DNA from: a virus
Taxonomy: Duplodnaviria; Caudoviricetes
Direction: 5' to 3' (one strand)
IMG/VR virus record: IMGVR_UViG_3300033067_002102
Coordinates: 1-63,261 of that record
Length of the DNA stretch: 63,261 bases
This document shows positions 53,959 to 62,315 of this stretch, piece after piece (within the stretch, counting starts at the first letter, position 1; the number at the start of each line of letters is the position of its first letter). The notes below the pieces were generated by a model that did not search any database, was not told the DNA's origin, and worked only from the letters and a program-made list of their open reading frames with translations. The translations under genes were made by a program, and so were the position numbers.

Positions 53959-54782
53959 TGCGTTTCCACCGGCTCTTCATCCTTGCCCTTGCGCTCGTAG
54001 TTTCGGGCTTCAATCATCACGTCCGCGTCACCATCAAGACGAGCGGCTCTCCTCCGCCGAGCTGGAGCAACACGAAGTCTTGCAAGTATGCCGGTACCGC
54101 AACCGGCACGGCCGGCCGCACCAATTGGGGCCAGCCTGCGGCATGGTGTACAAGTCCGCTCATCAACGCCTACTCCTTTTCGTTTTGGTTTCGCGCCAAC
54201 ACAGGCGGTAGCGAAAACGTAGACGGCGCGCTACTCACATCAGCCGACCAAAGCTCCAACTCGCATATGCGCACGGGGTTCTCCGGCACAGCCATCAACA
54301 ACATCTATGCGGGCGGCAACTTCGTCTCCGGCACATGCACTGGCATGACCTCGGGCACTTGGTATCTCGTCACCTACGTCTTCACGGGGACGGGGCAAAT
54401 GAACCTCTACGTAGGTAATAGCTCCACCGCGTGCGTGACCCAGAACCCCGTGGGCACGGATACATGCACTCGCGATTTTATTTTCAACACGCTTCGCTCC
54501 ACAACGAACGCGGACACGGCGTTCGGCGAGTGGGGTACACCGAACCTCGATGAATTCACCGTGTGGAACACGGCCTTGACCGGCACGGACCACGTGAATT
54601 TGCAGAGCAGCGGCCATGCAATCGACCCCACGACGCACGCGAAGGCCGCGAACCTCATCAACTACTATCGTTGCGGGGACGACCCGACCGATAGCAGCAC
54701 GCTTCTCAATGACCAAATCGGCACCGTTGACGGGACTCACTCGGGCTCGGACGGCGTCACGTATCCATCAGCCGTTCCCTAG
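53958..54782 (+). CDS. LamG/ConA-like lectin-fold protein with signal-peptide-like N-terminus
   Basis: YSFSFWFR, GTWYLVTYV, NLDEFTVWNTALT, LINYYR. Confidence 0.8.
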   Translation: MRFHRLFILALALVVSGFNHHVRVTIKTSGSPPPSWSNTKSCKYAGTATGTAGRTNWGQPAAWCTSPLINAYSFSFWFRANTGGSENVDGALLTSADQSSNSHMRTGFSGTAINNIYAGGNFVSGTCTGMTSGTWYLVTYVFTGTGQMNLYVGNSSTACVTQNPVGTDTCTRDFIFNTLRSTTNADTAFGEWGTPNLDEFTVWNTALTGTDHVNLQSSGHAIDPTTHAKAANLINYYRCGDDPTDSSTLLNDQIGTVDGTHSGSDGVTYPSAVP

Positions 54783-54790
54783 GAGGTTCT

Positions 54791-55030
54791 ATGTCTCAGT
54801 ACACCGAAGCCATCGCATCGCTCAATGACGACCTGATAGCCATCGAGCTGAAAGTGGTTGCGTTGCGCGCCAAGTTCAGCGCAGTCGAGAAGGTGGACCC
54901 GGCGTTCATCGAGGTGATGGACAATATGACCAACGCCTTCGAGCTGCTCAAGCTCAGCATGAGCAAGCTCGATGTAGCATCCGGCAAAGAACGCAGCCCC
55001 ATCAAAGAAAGCTCAGAGGTAACGAAATGA
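54791..55030 (+). CDS. Hypothetical helical protein
   Basis: AGGAGG RBS. Confidence 0.7.
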   Translation: MSQYTEAIASLNDDLIAIELKVVALRAKFSAVEKVDPAFIEVMDNMTNAFELLKLSMSKLDVASGKERSPIKESSEVTK

Positions 55031-55048
55031 CAGTCCCGCGAAGAATTC

Positions 55049-55246
55049 ATGGCCGCCGCAACCGTAGAGCCCATAATGGAGTATTTCACCTATGACCACT
55101 TGCCCGAGAAGTTGCAGGCGGTCAGCAAGCAATTCGGGGAGCTGGCGTTGCAGATGTTCCGCACGGTCCCGCGCAGCGCGGAGCGAGCGGCCGGTCTCCG
55201 CAAGCTCTTGGAAGGCAAGGACTGCTTGGTGAGGGCCGCAAAATGA
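55049..55246 (+). CDS. Small conserved helical-hairpin protein, Acb2/Tad1-like candidate
   Basis: YFTYDHLPEKLQAVSKQF...AERAAGLRKLLEGKDCLVRA. Confidence 0.55.
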   Translation: MAAATVEPIMEYFTYDHLPEKLQAVSKQFGELALQMFRTVPRSAERAAGLRKLLEGKDCLVRAAK

Positions 55247-55677
55247 AGTGGCTTGCGCTTTTATTCGTCACATCATGCGCGCCCGCGGGCGGCATTCTCC
55301 TCTCTCCTACGGAGGAGGTCTACAACGTCACGCAGCGCGCGGCGCTCGCCATCAATGCCGCCGTGGGCGAGGAGAAAGTCATCCTCGGCACGGGCGGCTT
55401 GCACGTCACGGCCGGCGAGAAGGAGTGCGGCTTCTTCGACGGCCTTATCATCGAGGTGGCGCGCGAGTGCATCACTCTCGATGATGACGCCGGCTCATGC
55501 GTTGTCGTGCATGAGGTCGGGCATGCGCTCGGGCTCGGACATTCTCAAGACCCGGGCTCAGTCATGTGGCCGAGCATCGTGGTAGGCCGGCGCCTGCAAT
55601 ACTGTGCAGAATCGCTAGCGAAAGAATTGGCCAAAGCCGGCAAGATTCTCTTGCCGCCAAACGAAGGAAGCCCATGA
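55243..55677 (+). CDS. Matrixin-like (metzincin) metalloprotease lipoprotein
   Basis: Lipobox VTSC; HEVGHALGLGH; Met-turn SVMWP. Confidence 0.88.
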   Translation: MKWLALLFVTSCAPAGGILLSPTEEVYNVTQRAALAINAAVGEEKVILGTGGLHVTAGEKECGFFDGLIIEVARECITLDDDAGSCVVVHEVGHALGLGHSQDPGSVMWPSIVVGRRLQYCAESLAKELAKAGKILLPPNEGSP

Positions 55678-55982
55678 AGTATTTGGGTCACGCGTTCGAT
55701 GTGTTCTTGGTCGGTTCGGGTGTCACCACCGCGGGCTTTCTTGCTGCGGGAGGTAGTGGCAGCGGTGGCGGGGAGGTCGGCGGTATCTCCATTCCGAGCA
55801 CCGTGCTCGGGCCCATCCTCGTGGGCGCGTTCACGCTCATCGCGTTCTTTCTCAAGCAGTATTACACGGCCATGGTCAACGTGATGACTCGGCAAAACAC
55901 GGAGCTAAAGACGCTCAACACGACCATCACCGCCATGGACAAGCGTCTCGCCATCGTGGAGACGAAGGTGGGCTCCAAGTGA
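55674..55982 (+). CDS. Membrane protein, holin/antiholin candidate
   Basis: Hydrophobic segments plus C-terminal coiled coil directly upstream of the amidase. Confidence 0.6.
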   Translation: MKYLGHAFDVFLVGSGVTTAGFLAAGGSGSGGGEVGGISIPSTVLGPILVGAFTLIAFFLKQYYTAMVNVMTRQNTELKTLNTTITAMDKRLAIVETKVGSK

Positions 55983-56524
55983 TTCTGTTGAGCGTGGCGC
56001 ACACGTTCAAGGCGCAGGGCGCCGCCTATGGCGGACTCACCGAATACGAGGTCAGCAAGCGCGCGAGCCGCGCGGCGTATGACTGGCTTTGCGGCCAGGG
56101 CATCCCGTGTTGCCTCTTCGAGACCGGGAGCTTCACGCAAGTGGAGAGCGTGCGCCCCAAGCAGCTCGCCGGAGCGATGGCGGACCTCTCTGTAGAAATG
56201 CACCTCAACGCGTGGACAGACCCCGCGAGCAACTACTCCGAGGTCATCTACCATCCGAGCAGCCCCAAGGGCTTCGCCGCGGCCATGGCCGTGAGCGCGC
56301 ACCTCAAGAGCGGTTTTGGCGCGGTGAACCACAAGTGGCCGGCGCATGGTCCGCGAGGAGATGGCGGTCTCTTCTTTCTCAAAGGTCCGCGGCCTGCTAT
56401 CATCGTGGAAGGTCTTTTTCTCAGCAACCCTGAACAAGCGGCGTGGCTTGCGACACCCGGCGCTCCCGAGACATACGGGCTTCTTGTCGCCGGAGGTTTG
56501 AAACAATGGTGGCTTTCTCGTTGA
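55979..56524 (+). CDS. Endolysin, N-acetylmuramoyl-L-alanine amidase (Amidase_3)
   Basis: SVAH, TEYEV, EMHLNA, IIVEGLFLSN zinc/catalytic motifs. Confidence 0.88.
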   Translation: MILLSVAHTFKAQGAAYGGLTEYEVSKRASRAAYDWLCGQGIPCCLFETGSFTQVESVRPKQLAGAMADLSVEMHLNAWTDPASNYSEVIYHPSSPKGFAAAMAVSAHLKSGFGAVNHKWPAHGPRGDGGLFFLKGPRPAIIVEGLFLSNPEQAAWLATPGAPETYGLLVAGGLKQWWLSR

Positions 56525-56925
56525 CCCTTCTCTCGGCTCTCGTTGGCGCGGACGCGCCCGCCTCCTTGCCCACGGCGGACTTGGATGTGGGCGAGGCGCT
56601 CAAGCAGCTTTTGGCCAGCCTCGGCGGCCTCAAAGGCGCGAGCGCCCTCGGCATCGCGGTCTTTGTAGTGCAAGGCGTGCTCCTCTTTTTCCGCACTCAG
56701 CTTGCCTCGTTCACGGGCAAGTGGCGCTTGCTCATCGTGACCGGGCTTTCGCTCGTGGCCGGTGTGCTCGGGCTTTCGATGGCCGGCGTCCCCTGGACCA
56801 CGGCGCTCGTGCACGCCAACACCATCGCCGCGTTGCAAGTGTTCATCCATCAGCTCGTCAAGCAGCTCTCCGAGAAAGAGCCCGTGCCCGCTCCCATTCC
56901 ACAGGATAAGGACGGCCAGTCATGA
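56506..56925 (+). CDS. Multi-pass membrane protein, holin candidate
   Basis: 3-4 hydrophobic helices; lysis-cassette position. Confidence 0.65.
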   Translation: MVAFSLTLLSALVGADAPASLPTADLDVGEALKQLLASLGGLKGASALGIAVFVVQGVLLFFRTQLASFTGKWRLLIVTGLSLVAGVLGLSMAGVPWTTALVHANTIAALQVFIHQLVKQLSEKEPVPAPIPQDKDGQS

Positions 56926-57266
56926 GCGCAAGCGCCGCGTTCTTTTGCGGCGTGGTCGTGGGGCTGACCGTCGCGCTTATCGTGCTCGCCTTGGCGAAGG
57001 CCGCGGGCACGGAGACGCCGTGGGAAAAAGAAGAGGCCGCCAGACAAGCGGCGGACGTGAAGCGGGACGCAATCCGCCAAGACGAAGGAAAGATGCATGA
57101 CCTCGTTGCAACCGTTACGCCGGGCGAAATGGACCTCATTGTGGCTGGCCGTGTCACTCTGCGCGATGTCTTGCGCGGGCGTGACGACCCCACAAGCCCC
57201 TTCTATCTCCCCAAGCCCGGCACCAATGGCGGCGAGCAGCCTCCCAGCGAGCCAGCCAAGCCCTAA
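56922..57266 (+). CDS. i-spanin-like protein
   Basis: N-terminal TM then charged helix; overlaps a lipoprotein gene. Confidence 0.55.
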   Translation: MSASAAFFCGVVVGLTVALIVLALAKAAGTETPWEKEEAARQAADVKRDAIRQDEGKMHDLVATVTPGEMDLIVAGRVTLRDVLRGRDDPTSPFYLPKPGTNGGEQPPSEPAKP

Positions 57267-57594
57267 GCTGGCGCTCTTGGACACCACGCTCTCTTTTGAG
57301 CCTCCGCCGTTTCTGCACAAGTGCATCCTCTCGGCCGGCGATGACCGCTACTGCGCCACGGAGCTGGAGTTTCGGCTCTTTCTCCACTGGCTCGTCTCGC
57401 ACGAAACGGCCGTGAAGCTCGCGCTTTCAGACGTGGAGGAGGACCGCGACGTGTGGAAGGGCCGCGCCGAGCAAGCTGTAGCTCAACAAGGTCTCAGCAT
57501 CGGCGGTGTCATGGGCATCATTGGCGGCATTGTGGCCGCGCTCGCGGCGGGTTTCGGGCTCGGCTACGGCGTGTCTTTGGTCAAAGGAAAGTAG
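57097..57594 (+). CDS. Spanin-like lipoprotein with C-terminal TM
   Basis: Lipobox AMSC, Pro-rich linker, coiled coil, C-terminal Gly-rich hydrophobic helix. Confidence 0.6.
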   Translation: MTSLQPLRRAKWTSLWLAVSLCAMSCAGVTTPQAPSISPSPAPMAASSLPASQPSPKLALLDTTLSFEPPPFLHKCILSAGDDRYCATELEFRLFLHWLVSHETAVKLALSDVEEDRDVWKGRAEQAVAQQGLSIGGVMGIIGGIVAALAAGFGLGYGVSLVKGK

Positions 57595-57920
57595 CTACAG
57601 CGGCGCTCGATGGTGCGCGAGACGGCTTGCAGCTCGTCTACGATATGCGCTTTCCATTGCATCGAGCGCTCCACTTCGCTCGCGCACCATTCAAGCTCAC
57701 CGTTCATCACCGCAAGCTTGCGCTCAAGACGGGCGCGCTCTTCTCGCTCGGCGGTAAGCTCGCCTCCGAGGATGATGGTAACGGACACGAGAAGAAGTAG
57801 CCCACAGACGCAAGCGCTTCTGAGAATGCGCTTGAGGAGCGCCTTTCGCGTATCCACTGGCGGGGGCTGAGGCGGCTCCCCGGACCCTTCAAGGCTAAGC
57901 TCTTCAAGCATGAGCACCAT
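57564..57920 (-). CDS. Possible TM plus coiled-coil protein
   Basis: GGAGG RBS; hydrophobic helix; overlaps the GT 3' end in another frame. Confidence 0.45.
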   Translation of the reverse strand: MVLMLEELSLEGSGEPPQPPPVDTRKALLKRILRSACVCGLLLLVSVTIILGGELTAEREERARLERKLAVMNGELEWCASEVERSMQWKAHIVDELQAVSRTIERRCSYFPLTKDTP

Positions 57921-59767
57921 TCAACAACATCCTCCGATGCGATGATAGCACCCGGGAAGCCCTCGCGCTCGAAAGCCACACCGCCCGCGGGCGTGCTGAT
58001 GACCGGGAGCCCATGCGCAAGCGCTTCTAGGACCACGTTTGGATAGCCCTCGTGGAGCGAAGTGCAGATGAACGCGTCATAGCGCTCGGGGTGTAACTCC
58101 TTCCAGTCCTTGTAAATGACCGTGCGCACGGTGACGTTCGGGAGCTTCGACATCCGCGCGAGCGTATCGAGCCCGAAGAAGTCTTGCGAGTCGCCTATCA
58201 CGTCAAAGAGAAACGGCTCGTGCGTGGCCGCGGCGTGGAGTGCCACCTTGTAGAGCAGCTCCAAGTTTTTGTTGCGGTTGATGGAGCCGGCCCACAAGAA
58301 GCGGAGGAGCTTTTCCGTCTTGTGTGGCGGGGCGTCCGGCGTAGCCTCCACGGGCGTGCCGGCCATCGCCACGCGCTCGGCAGGGTAACCGAAGAGCCGG
58401 GCGAGGTCGTCCGGTAGCTTGCGATTGTCCGTGATGACGCCGCCGAGCGCCGCCATCGAGCGCGAAAACTGCCCCTCGGCCGCATAGCCGCCCACGTGCG
58501 GCGGCTCCTTGAGGTGCTCGAAGGCGTAGAGCGAGGCGTAGACCTTGCCCGTCTTGAGCGCAGGCGTGCGCGCGAGCGCCTCCCACGCGCTGCGCGAATT
58601 GACGATGTGGACGCAGCCGGCAAACTGGACCATCAGCCGGCGAATGACGAGCATGCGCTCCGGTGCATCGAGGAGGAGTAAAGCCGCCGCGGCCTCACGC
58701 GCCCACGGTTGCTCACTCCGCCCTTCGGTTGCGATGCACACCGGAAGGCCGCCGCGCTCGATGATGGCGTTACGGTAACACGCCACGCGTTTGTCTGCGC
58801 CACCGCCGAGCCCCGCGAAGAGGATGAGGTGCGTGGCCTCGGGAGGCACCACCGCGGCAATGCGGTGATAGACCTCATAGGCCATTTGCGAGCCCGGGAC
58901 CGTGTACTTCGGTCGGGCCAAAAGCTCGCGGTGGTTCGGCCAAAGCTCGGGCTCAACTTCGTGGGCGCGCTTCCACTCCCACAAGAGCCAGTCCCCGAGC
59001 GGCTCCGCCGCGGGCTTGACGGGCTCGCCGTCGTAGACCCAGCGCTTGCGCCAAAAGTCGTTCGGACGCGTAATGCGGCCTTCGCCCACGTGCTGGCTGA
59101 CCATCGAGCCTTGCCGGCGCCGGATGAAGTGCACGGTCTCGGGCACCACGGCGTGGTGAATGCCGGCGCTCAAGGTGCGCGTGTTCCACTCCCAGTCCTC
59201 GAAGCCGTAGCCCCCACCCACAGAGCCGTAAGGATGGTCCACGAAGAGCTGGCGCTCGCCGAAGACGCTGGAGGTCCAGTGATTCGTGACCATGAACGCG
59301 GACGGGTCGAAGCCCGGCGCGCGGCTGTCTGTGTGCTGCCACCACATACTCTCCCCGTCGAAGTAGACGAGGACTTGCGGATGCATCGCCACGCCTTTGC
59401 CGAGGTCCGTTTGCGCGTAGGCGAGCGCGTGCATGAGCCAGTCCGGGCCCCACACATCGTCACCATCGAGGAACGCGACGAAGCGCCCTTGGGCCGCGCG
59501 CACGCCGGCATTGCGCGCGAGACCGAGGTCTCCCACGCTCACGCTGAGGAGCTGGCGGTCAGCAACCTCGTCCACATCGAGCTGGGCGCCGAAGCGCCGC
59601 GCCGTGTTCATGGTCTCGGCGTCCGCCTCATCGAGCACCACGATAAGCTCTGCCGTCGTGTTCTTCGGCAAGTGCGAGATGGCTTGCACCGCGGACGCGA
59701 GCGAGCGCCAAAGGAGCAAGCCCTCCGTATGTGCGTTGACGATGACGCTGATGTCTATTTGACCCAT
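57707..59767 (-). CDS. Bifunctional glycosyltransferase (GT2/GT-A plus GT4/GT-B)
   Basis: ISVIV, GLARNAG, FVAFLDGDD, GFEDWEW; C-terminal HEGYPNVVLEALAHGLPVIST. Confidence 0.92.
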   Translation of the reverse strand: MGQIDISVIVNAHTEGLLLWRSLASAVQAISHLPKNTTAELIVVLDEADAETMNTARRFGAQLDVDEVADRQLLSVSVGDLGLARNAGVRAAQGRFVAFLDGDDVWGPDWLMHALAYAQTDLGKGVAMHPQVLVYFDGESMWWQHTDSRAPGFDPSAFMVTNHWTSSVFGERQLFVDHPYGSVGGGYGFEDWEWNTRTLSAGIHHAVVPETVHFIRRRQGSMVSQHVGEGRITRPNDFWRKRWVYDGEPVKPAAEPLGDWLLWEWKRAHEVEPELWPNHRELLARPKYTVPGSQMAYEVYHRIAAVVPPEATHLILFAGLGGGADKRVACYRNAIIERGGLPVCIATEGRSEQPWAREAAAALLLLDAPERMLVIRRLMVQFAGCVHIVNSRSAWEALARTPALKTGKVYASLYAFEHLKEPPHVGGYAAEGQFSRSMAALGGVITDNRKLPDDLARLFGYPAERVAMAGTPVEATPDAPPHKTEKLLRFLWAGSINRNKNLELLYKVALHAAATHEPFLFDVIGDSQDFFGLDTLARMSKLPNVTVRTVIYKDWKELHPERYDAFICTSLHEGYPNVVLEALAHGLPVISTPAGGVAFEREGFPGAIIASEDVVEWCSCLKSLALKGPGSRLSPRQWIRERRSSSAFSEALASVGYFFSCPLPSSSEASLPPSEKSAPVLSASLR

Positions 59768-60387
59768 GATGCGCTCCAGTGATGGGCGCACACCACGCCC
59801 GGTTGCTTCATACGCGCGGCCTTCTCTTCATCGCTGATGCCGCGTTCTTGCGGTGACCATGGATAAAAAGCGTGCTTCGGCATGACGATGAGGCCCGTGT
59901 CTTGATGTGAGCGCACGAGCTGAGTCAGGATGGTGGTGCCGTTGAACACCGTATCGTGGAAGGTGTCCGTGAACTTCGTGGCGCGGTACGTATCGAGCGC
60001 GCGCTTGATGAACGCGTGGCCCTTCGGCGCGATGAGCACGGCGCCGCACATGAACGTTTCATCCTCGTAGCCGATGACGAAGTCTCCTTGCGCCACCAGC
60101 TCGTCAAGGAAGTGCTCGTTTACAAGCTCCACGTCCGTGTCCAGATACACGCCGCCCAGCTCATAGAGCAGCGCAAGGCGCGCAACGTCACTCGCGCCGG
60201 CCCAATGCTCGGCGCGATAGGCATCGTTGAAATAGGGGATTTCGTAGAGCCACGGCACGACGGAGGACAGACGCGCGCGTGACCACGTGGTCACGTTGTC
60301 GCGCTCCGGCCACGTGGCCATGCAATGAAGCGCTAGCGCGTTTGGCTCCTTCGGGCCAAACCAAATTGAATGAATGGGGTAGGTCAC
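59755..60387 (-). CDS. GT32-like DXD glycosyltransferase
   Basis: IHSIWFG, ASDVARL..LYELGGVYLDTDVE, GTTILT, FYP, HHWSASW. Confidence 0.92.
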   Translation of the reverse strand: MTYPIHSIWFGPKEPNALALHCMATWPERDNVTTWSRARLSSVVPWLYEIPYFNDAYRAEHWAGASDVARLALLYELGGVYLDTDVELVNEHFLDELVAQGDFVIGYEDETFMCGAVLIAPKGHAFIKRALDTYRATKFTDTFHDTVFNGTTILTQLVRSHQDTGLIVMPKHAFYPWSPQERGISDEEKAARMKQPGVVCAHHWSASWVK

Positions 60388-60806
60388 TAGCGTGGTTCTC
60401 CCGGTCTTTGCACAGCGGTTGCACAGCGGTCATGAAGCCGCGCAAAGATGATAGATGTGATGCTCTTGCCCATCTCTTCGGCGATGAGCTTGGCCAGCTC
60501 GCTCGGGTCGGCCTGGAGCGCCCGCAAACGTTGTTCGGTCAACTCCACGCGGATGAAGTGCGTGGAGCTGCCCACTTTGAACGTGGCGCGCAGCTCGTAG
60601 CCGAAGCCCACGGGCGAGCGTTCGGAGATGATGAACGGGACCTCAATGCCGTCACCCGCGAGCACGGCGGACATGAGAATCTTGCGGAGGAGCTTCTCCT
60701 CCATCTCTTGCAAGATGCGCATGCTCTCGTCCGTGGGCGCGCGATGCTCGTGCACCGTCTTCGTGACGTGCGAAGGGCCGCTCTGTACGGTGATGCGGTC
60801 GAACAT
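60387..60806 (-). CDS. Hypothetical protein (HEHRAPTDES motif)
   Basis: GGAGG RBS; TGATG coupling. Confidence 0.7.
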   Translation of the reverse strand: MFDRITVQSGPSHVTKTVHEHRAPTDESMRILQEMEEKLLRKILMSAVLAGDGIEVPFIISERSPVGFGYELRATFKVGSSTHFIRVELTEQRLRALQADPSELAKLIAEEMGKSITSIIFARLHDRCATAVQRPGEPR

Positions 60807-61144
60807 CAGTAGTCCTCCCCGCCCGTGTCCGAGCCCCGGAGCACGTCCAAGATGCGCTTCGGCAGTGTGCGCAAGTACCACCAGCGCCATCGCCACTTCG
60901 CGGTCCGCTCGCGCTTCTCACGCTCGGCCACTTCCTGCTTGCAGCACTCCGCGACGTTGCCCCAGCCCTCCCACGCCGTGGGCGCGGTCTTCGGCGCCGT
61001 CCCACGCGGGTATTCGAGACCACAGCGGTGCTCGTTACACCACCATCGGTCAGCGAAGATATTGAAGCTTGCGGAAATACCGCGCTTCTCTTTTGGGTCC
61101 AAACCGGGCGAAAACGCCCAGCGACACGGCGCGAGCTTACGCAT
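60806..61144 (-). CDS. Hypothetical Cys/Trp-rich protein
   Basis: Fills the gap with coupled start/stop. Confidence 0.5.
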   Translation of the reverse strand: MRKLAPCRWAFSPGLDPKEKRGISASFNIFADRWWCNEHRCGLEYPRGTAPKTAPTAWEGWGNVAECCKQEVAEREKRERTAKWRWRWWYLRTLPKRILDVLRGSDTGGEDY

Positions 61145-61802
61145 TTTTGAAGACCGCCCAGCTCTGCCAGCCGCCGTCCGTTTGCGGGCTCGTGATAAAC
61201 AGCTCGCCCACCTTGTCGTGGAACCGGCCGCCAAAGCCGAACGCTTCGTCCACGGCCTTGCGCACGTAGAAGGGGCCGCAGTGCCCCGAGTTGCCGCCCG
61301 CTTCCTCCATGGTGGCATGCGCGGTGTAAGGCTCGCCGTTCTTGTGCCAGCCGTCCACGACGTAATCGTGTCCCGCGAGCATGCCGCCTTTTTTCACAAG
61401 CGGCCACCACGCGTTGATGCCATCGCGCACGCCCTCGTAGCCGTGGTCATCGTCCAGATAGACGAAATCGAAGAGCCCGTCCGGGTGTCCCGGGAGAAGC
61501 GTGGAAAGGATGCCGGCCGCTTCCAAGCTCGTCATGCGAAGAATGCCGCTCGCGCGCCCTTGCTCGGCGAGAATGCGCATGCCCATCACGCACTCGGCCA
61601 TGTAGGCGTCGTGCATGTCTTGCGTGTCAAGCACGCCGTAGTAGGGGCGCCACGGGTCCACGAGGAGGAGGCTTGCGCCGTTCCAATGGGCGCGGATTTG
61701 GCGGGCGTTGCGGCCCGTCTGAACGCCGACCTCCACGCCGAGCCCGAGGAGGCCACGTTCGTTGAGGATGTGCGGGAGCTGGTCACGTGAATTGAAGTTC
61801 AT
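61137..61802 (-). CDS. Class I SAM-dependent methyltransferase (Methyltransf_24-like)
   Basis: GVEVGVQTG, LVDPW, FDFVYLDDDHGYE, VKKGGMLAGHDY. Confidence 0.9.
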   Translation of the reverse strand: MNFNSRDQLPHILNERGLLGLGVEVGVQTGRNARQIRAHWNGASLLLVDPWRPYYGVLDTQDMHDAYMAECVMGMRILAEQGRASGILRMTSLEAAGILSTLLPGHPDGLFDFVYLDDDHGYEGVRDGINAWWPLVKKGGMLAGHDYVVDGWHKNGEPYTAHATMEEAGGNSGHCGPFYVRKAVDEAFGFGGRFHDKVGELFITSPQTDGGWQSWAVFKNA

Positions 61803-61814
61803 GGTCTAGGTTTC

Positions 61815-62315
61815 CTATCGGGCTTTGAGGGTGTTGATTTCGTCGGTCACTTGTTTGGCGAGCGCTACGTTTTCGCCTGGGGCCATCTTGATAACGAGAG
61901 ACGGAGGCGCCGCGCGCTCGATGCCGATGGCCACGGCATCTTGCAACGCCTTGAGCTGCGCGCGGACAATCTCCAGCTCGCGGCGTGCTGCGTCACGTTG
62001 CTGACCTACGATGTGCTCGCGCTTTATCGCGTCGTTACGCGATTGATTTGCGTGGTCGATAGAGTGTTGCGCCGAGAGCTGCGCGTCCTTGATGCGCTCG
62101 CGCGCGACGCGCCGAGCAATGCCGTACTTCTGGCGCTCGCGGTTGCGCTGCTCTTCGAGCTTGCCGGCCCGCACCGTGAGGTGCCAAAGCTCCTCACGAA
62201 GGGCCACGAGCGCTTGCGCGAGGCGTGCCGACTGCGCTTGCTCGTGACGTTGCGCCCACGGCTGGCCGGCGCCCTTATCCATGAACCACGCGTTACGCTT
62301 GAGGAACGACAGCAT
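61815..62315 (-). CDS. Coiled-coil hypothetical protein
   Basis: AAGGAG RBS. Confidence 0.65.
   Translation of the reverse strand: MLSFLKRNAWFMDKGAGQPWAQRHEQAQSARLAQALVALREELWHLTVRAGKLEEQRNRERQKYGIARRVARERIKDAQLSAQHSIDHANQSRNDAIKREHIVGQQRDAARRELEIVRAQLKALQDAVAIGIERAAPPSLVIKMAPGENVALAKQVTDEINTLKAR

Noticed and set aside
50875-54782. Diversity-generating retroelement acting on the fibre repeats
   Set aside because: No reverse transcriptase seen; repeat differences are mainly synonymous, not adenine-specific
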